Assembly (NCBI GenBank): GCA_000146045.2
Contig: BK006948.2
Span: 320,001 to 384,000 of the forward strand
Length of the DNA stretch: 64,000 nt
Direction of reading: 5' to 3'
Source of the DNA: TPA_inf: Saccharomyces
Lineage: Eukaryota
The notes under the pieces: model-generated
What the model was told of the DNA's origin: nothing
Database searches by the model: none
Seen by the model: only the letters and a program-made list of their open reading frames with translations
Translations under genes and position numbers: made by a program
In this document: positions 62,823 to 64,000 of the stretch, one piece after another
Layout: each line of letters starts with the position of its first letter
Position numbering within the stretch: the first letter of the stretch is position 1

Positions 62823-63532
62823 AAATAATACGAAATATAACTTTATTATCTTGAATTCTTTTTTTACTGCTTTTTCATACATACGTACATATAATGATCT
62901 TCTCACTTAGTATACTAAATTTGTTTCATGCTATGGTTGATATTTGAGAAATCGGAACTTGAAGATAATAAGTTTCTTGGGCGAGGGAAAAAAACATCGG
63001 ACCATCTTTCCTGTCGTTCTCCGGATCAGCCCTAGGAAATTTCTGGCCGGAACTCTCCTTAGAAACAAAAAAAATTACGTAATTGGCACAACTTTACGTC
63101 AACAATATTCATTACATCAGAATGCGAAAAAAAAAAAGCGAGAATATCTAAGCTCCATGACAACATTCGCTAAGCTGAAAAAATTAGGGAAATAAACTTT
63201 TCAAATTGCTATGATATAATTTCGTTTCTTACTATGTATTTTCTACGTATATTTTTACACTCTTGACTCTTTCCTTTTTAGTAATGTGCCTGCCATAAAA
63301 AAAGGGAGATGAAGGAAAGAAAATAAAAATGGTGAAAATTAAGCTTTGTTGATTACCTAATACAAGCTGCCTGAAACTAGAAACCATAAATTGTTTCCTA
63401 TCTCGTAATATTTTCGCCACCTTAGGCATCAATTTTCTTTGGAGAAGGGGGGTTGCATCCCCCTGAAGAAGTGCTTGCCATGTGCTTTGAAAACTTTTAA
63501 GATGTTACTAGTACTAATAATTATTCATTATT

Positions 63533-64000
63533 TTATTCTTTTAATTTCGACTTTAATGATTCAATCATTTTTTTCAATTCACTGTTTTCTTTCATCAAGC
63601 CATCGAATAGTTTTGATTTTTCTTCGAGATTTTTGATGTATTTCTCACGACGCTGCCTAAACGCCTTTTGTGCGCTTCGATTTTGGGCAGCTCTCTTAGT
63701 ATTTCTTAAAGGTTTGCCTGTTTTACCGATCAACTGGCCATCATTGTTATATCTTTCGCCTTCGTTAAAAACCTGCTCTGAAAGAGAAACGGAAACTCGA
63801 CGTCTTTCCTCTGAAGGAAGGTTAGTCGTGGCACTATTTTTTCTCGTAGCTGGGGTACTATTTGAGGGAAAATATGAAGCTGCCGGTTGGCTAGTAAATG
63901 TAGATGCAGTAGTGTAGGAAGATTCAAATGGTGCGTGTGATGCAGTGGTGTATGGATTAGAATTGAAGTGACAGTTTAAATGAGTATCTGATAGTTGCGG
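63533..64000 (-). CDS. CIN5: bZIP (Yap-family) transcription factor, C-terminal part; 5' end lies beyond the window end
   Basis: Stop (TAA) at 63533-63535 (minus strand). Basic region plus leucine zipper NTKRAAQNRSAQKAFRQRREKYIKNLEEKSKLFDGLMKENSELKKMIESLKSKLKE; the QNRxAQxAFR motif is Yap-specific. The frame stays open upstream to position 64000. The track start at 63733 is a TTG, not a real start. Confidence 0.75.
   Translation of the reverse strand, partial: PQLSDTHLNCHFNSNPYTTASHAPFESSYTTASTFTSQPAASYFPSNSTPATRKNSATTNLPSEERRRVSVSLSEQVFNEGERYNNDGQLIGKTGKPLRNTKRAAQNRSAQKAFRQRREKYIKNLEEKSKLFDGLMKENSELKKMIESLKSKLKE

Noticed and set aside
1-64000. Foreign, horizontally transferred or prokaryote-like novel system (defence islands, toxin-antitoxin, CRISPR, biosynthetic cluster)
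   Set aside because: Every long ORF corresponds to a known S. cerevisiae nuclear gene in the expected chr XV order. There is no compositional discontinuity, no operon-like co-directional tight packing, and no CRISPR-like repeat-spacer arrays. The only mobile DNA is yeast Ty LTR relics. The window is an ordinary, well-characterised pericentromeric region.

Overview
This window is a native Saccharomyces cerevisiae chromosome XV pericentromeric segment. Every long ORF translates to a protein I recognise as a known yeast gene. Their order is SIN3 (3' part), PFA4, IZH2, PHO80, CEN15, RRP6, ALG6, YSP3, UTP23, DNL4, TSR3, SGT2, tRNA-Arg(ACG), SLG1/WSC1, TIR4, TIR2, AUS1, tRNA-Thr(AGU), YOR012W/YOR013W, RTS1, ERP4, PET127, ROD1, YOR019W, HSP10, YOR020W-A, SFM1, DDL1, AHC1, HST3, BUB3, STI1 and CIN5 (3' part). 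This is the S288C YOL004W-YOR028C interval; from memory, window position + 320,000 is roughly the chrXV coordinate. A point centromere (CDEI-CDEII-CDEIII, about 117 bp) lies between PHO80 and RRP6. Both tRNA genes carry LTR retrotransposon relics upstream: a Ty3 sigma exactly 16 bp upstream of tRNA-Thr, and Ty4/Ty1-type LTR fragments near both tRNAs. The rest is compact gene-dense single-copy DNA with no introns detected. The supplied ORF track uses non-ATG (TTG/CTG/GTG) starts, so several track ORFs have spurious N-terminal extensions; I give the true ATG-based CDS coordinates in the features. I see no foreign, horizontally acquired or prokaryote-like system; composition and codon usage are uniformly yeast-like. 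Items worth a second look are: (1) the centromere sits inside the RRP6 promoter; (2) YOR012W and the overlapping 156-aa ORF look like one gene split by a +1 frameshift in a T9-10 homopolymer; (3) the TIR4-TIR2-AUS1 anaerobic gene cluster has 2-3 kb promoters carrying AR1/Rox1-like motifs, and TIR4 carries a near-perfect 36-bp coding minisatellite; (4) URS1-like GGCGGCTA palindromes occur upstream of YSP3 and in the TIR2-AUS1 intergenic region; (5) a GC-rich palindromic STRE cluster lies upstream of YOR019W; (6) PAC/RRPE ribosome-biogenesis elements and a textbook HSE sit in the expected promoters.
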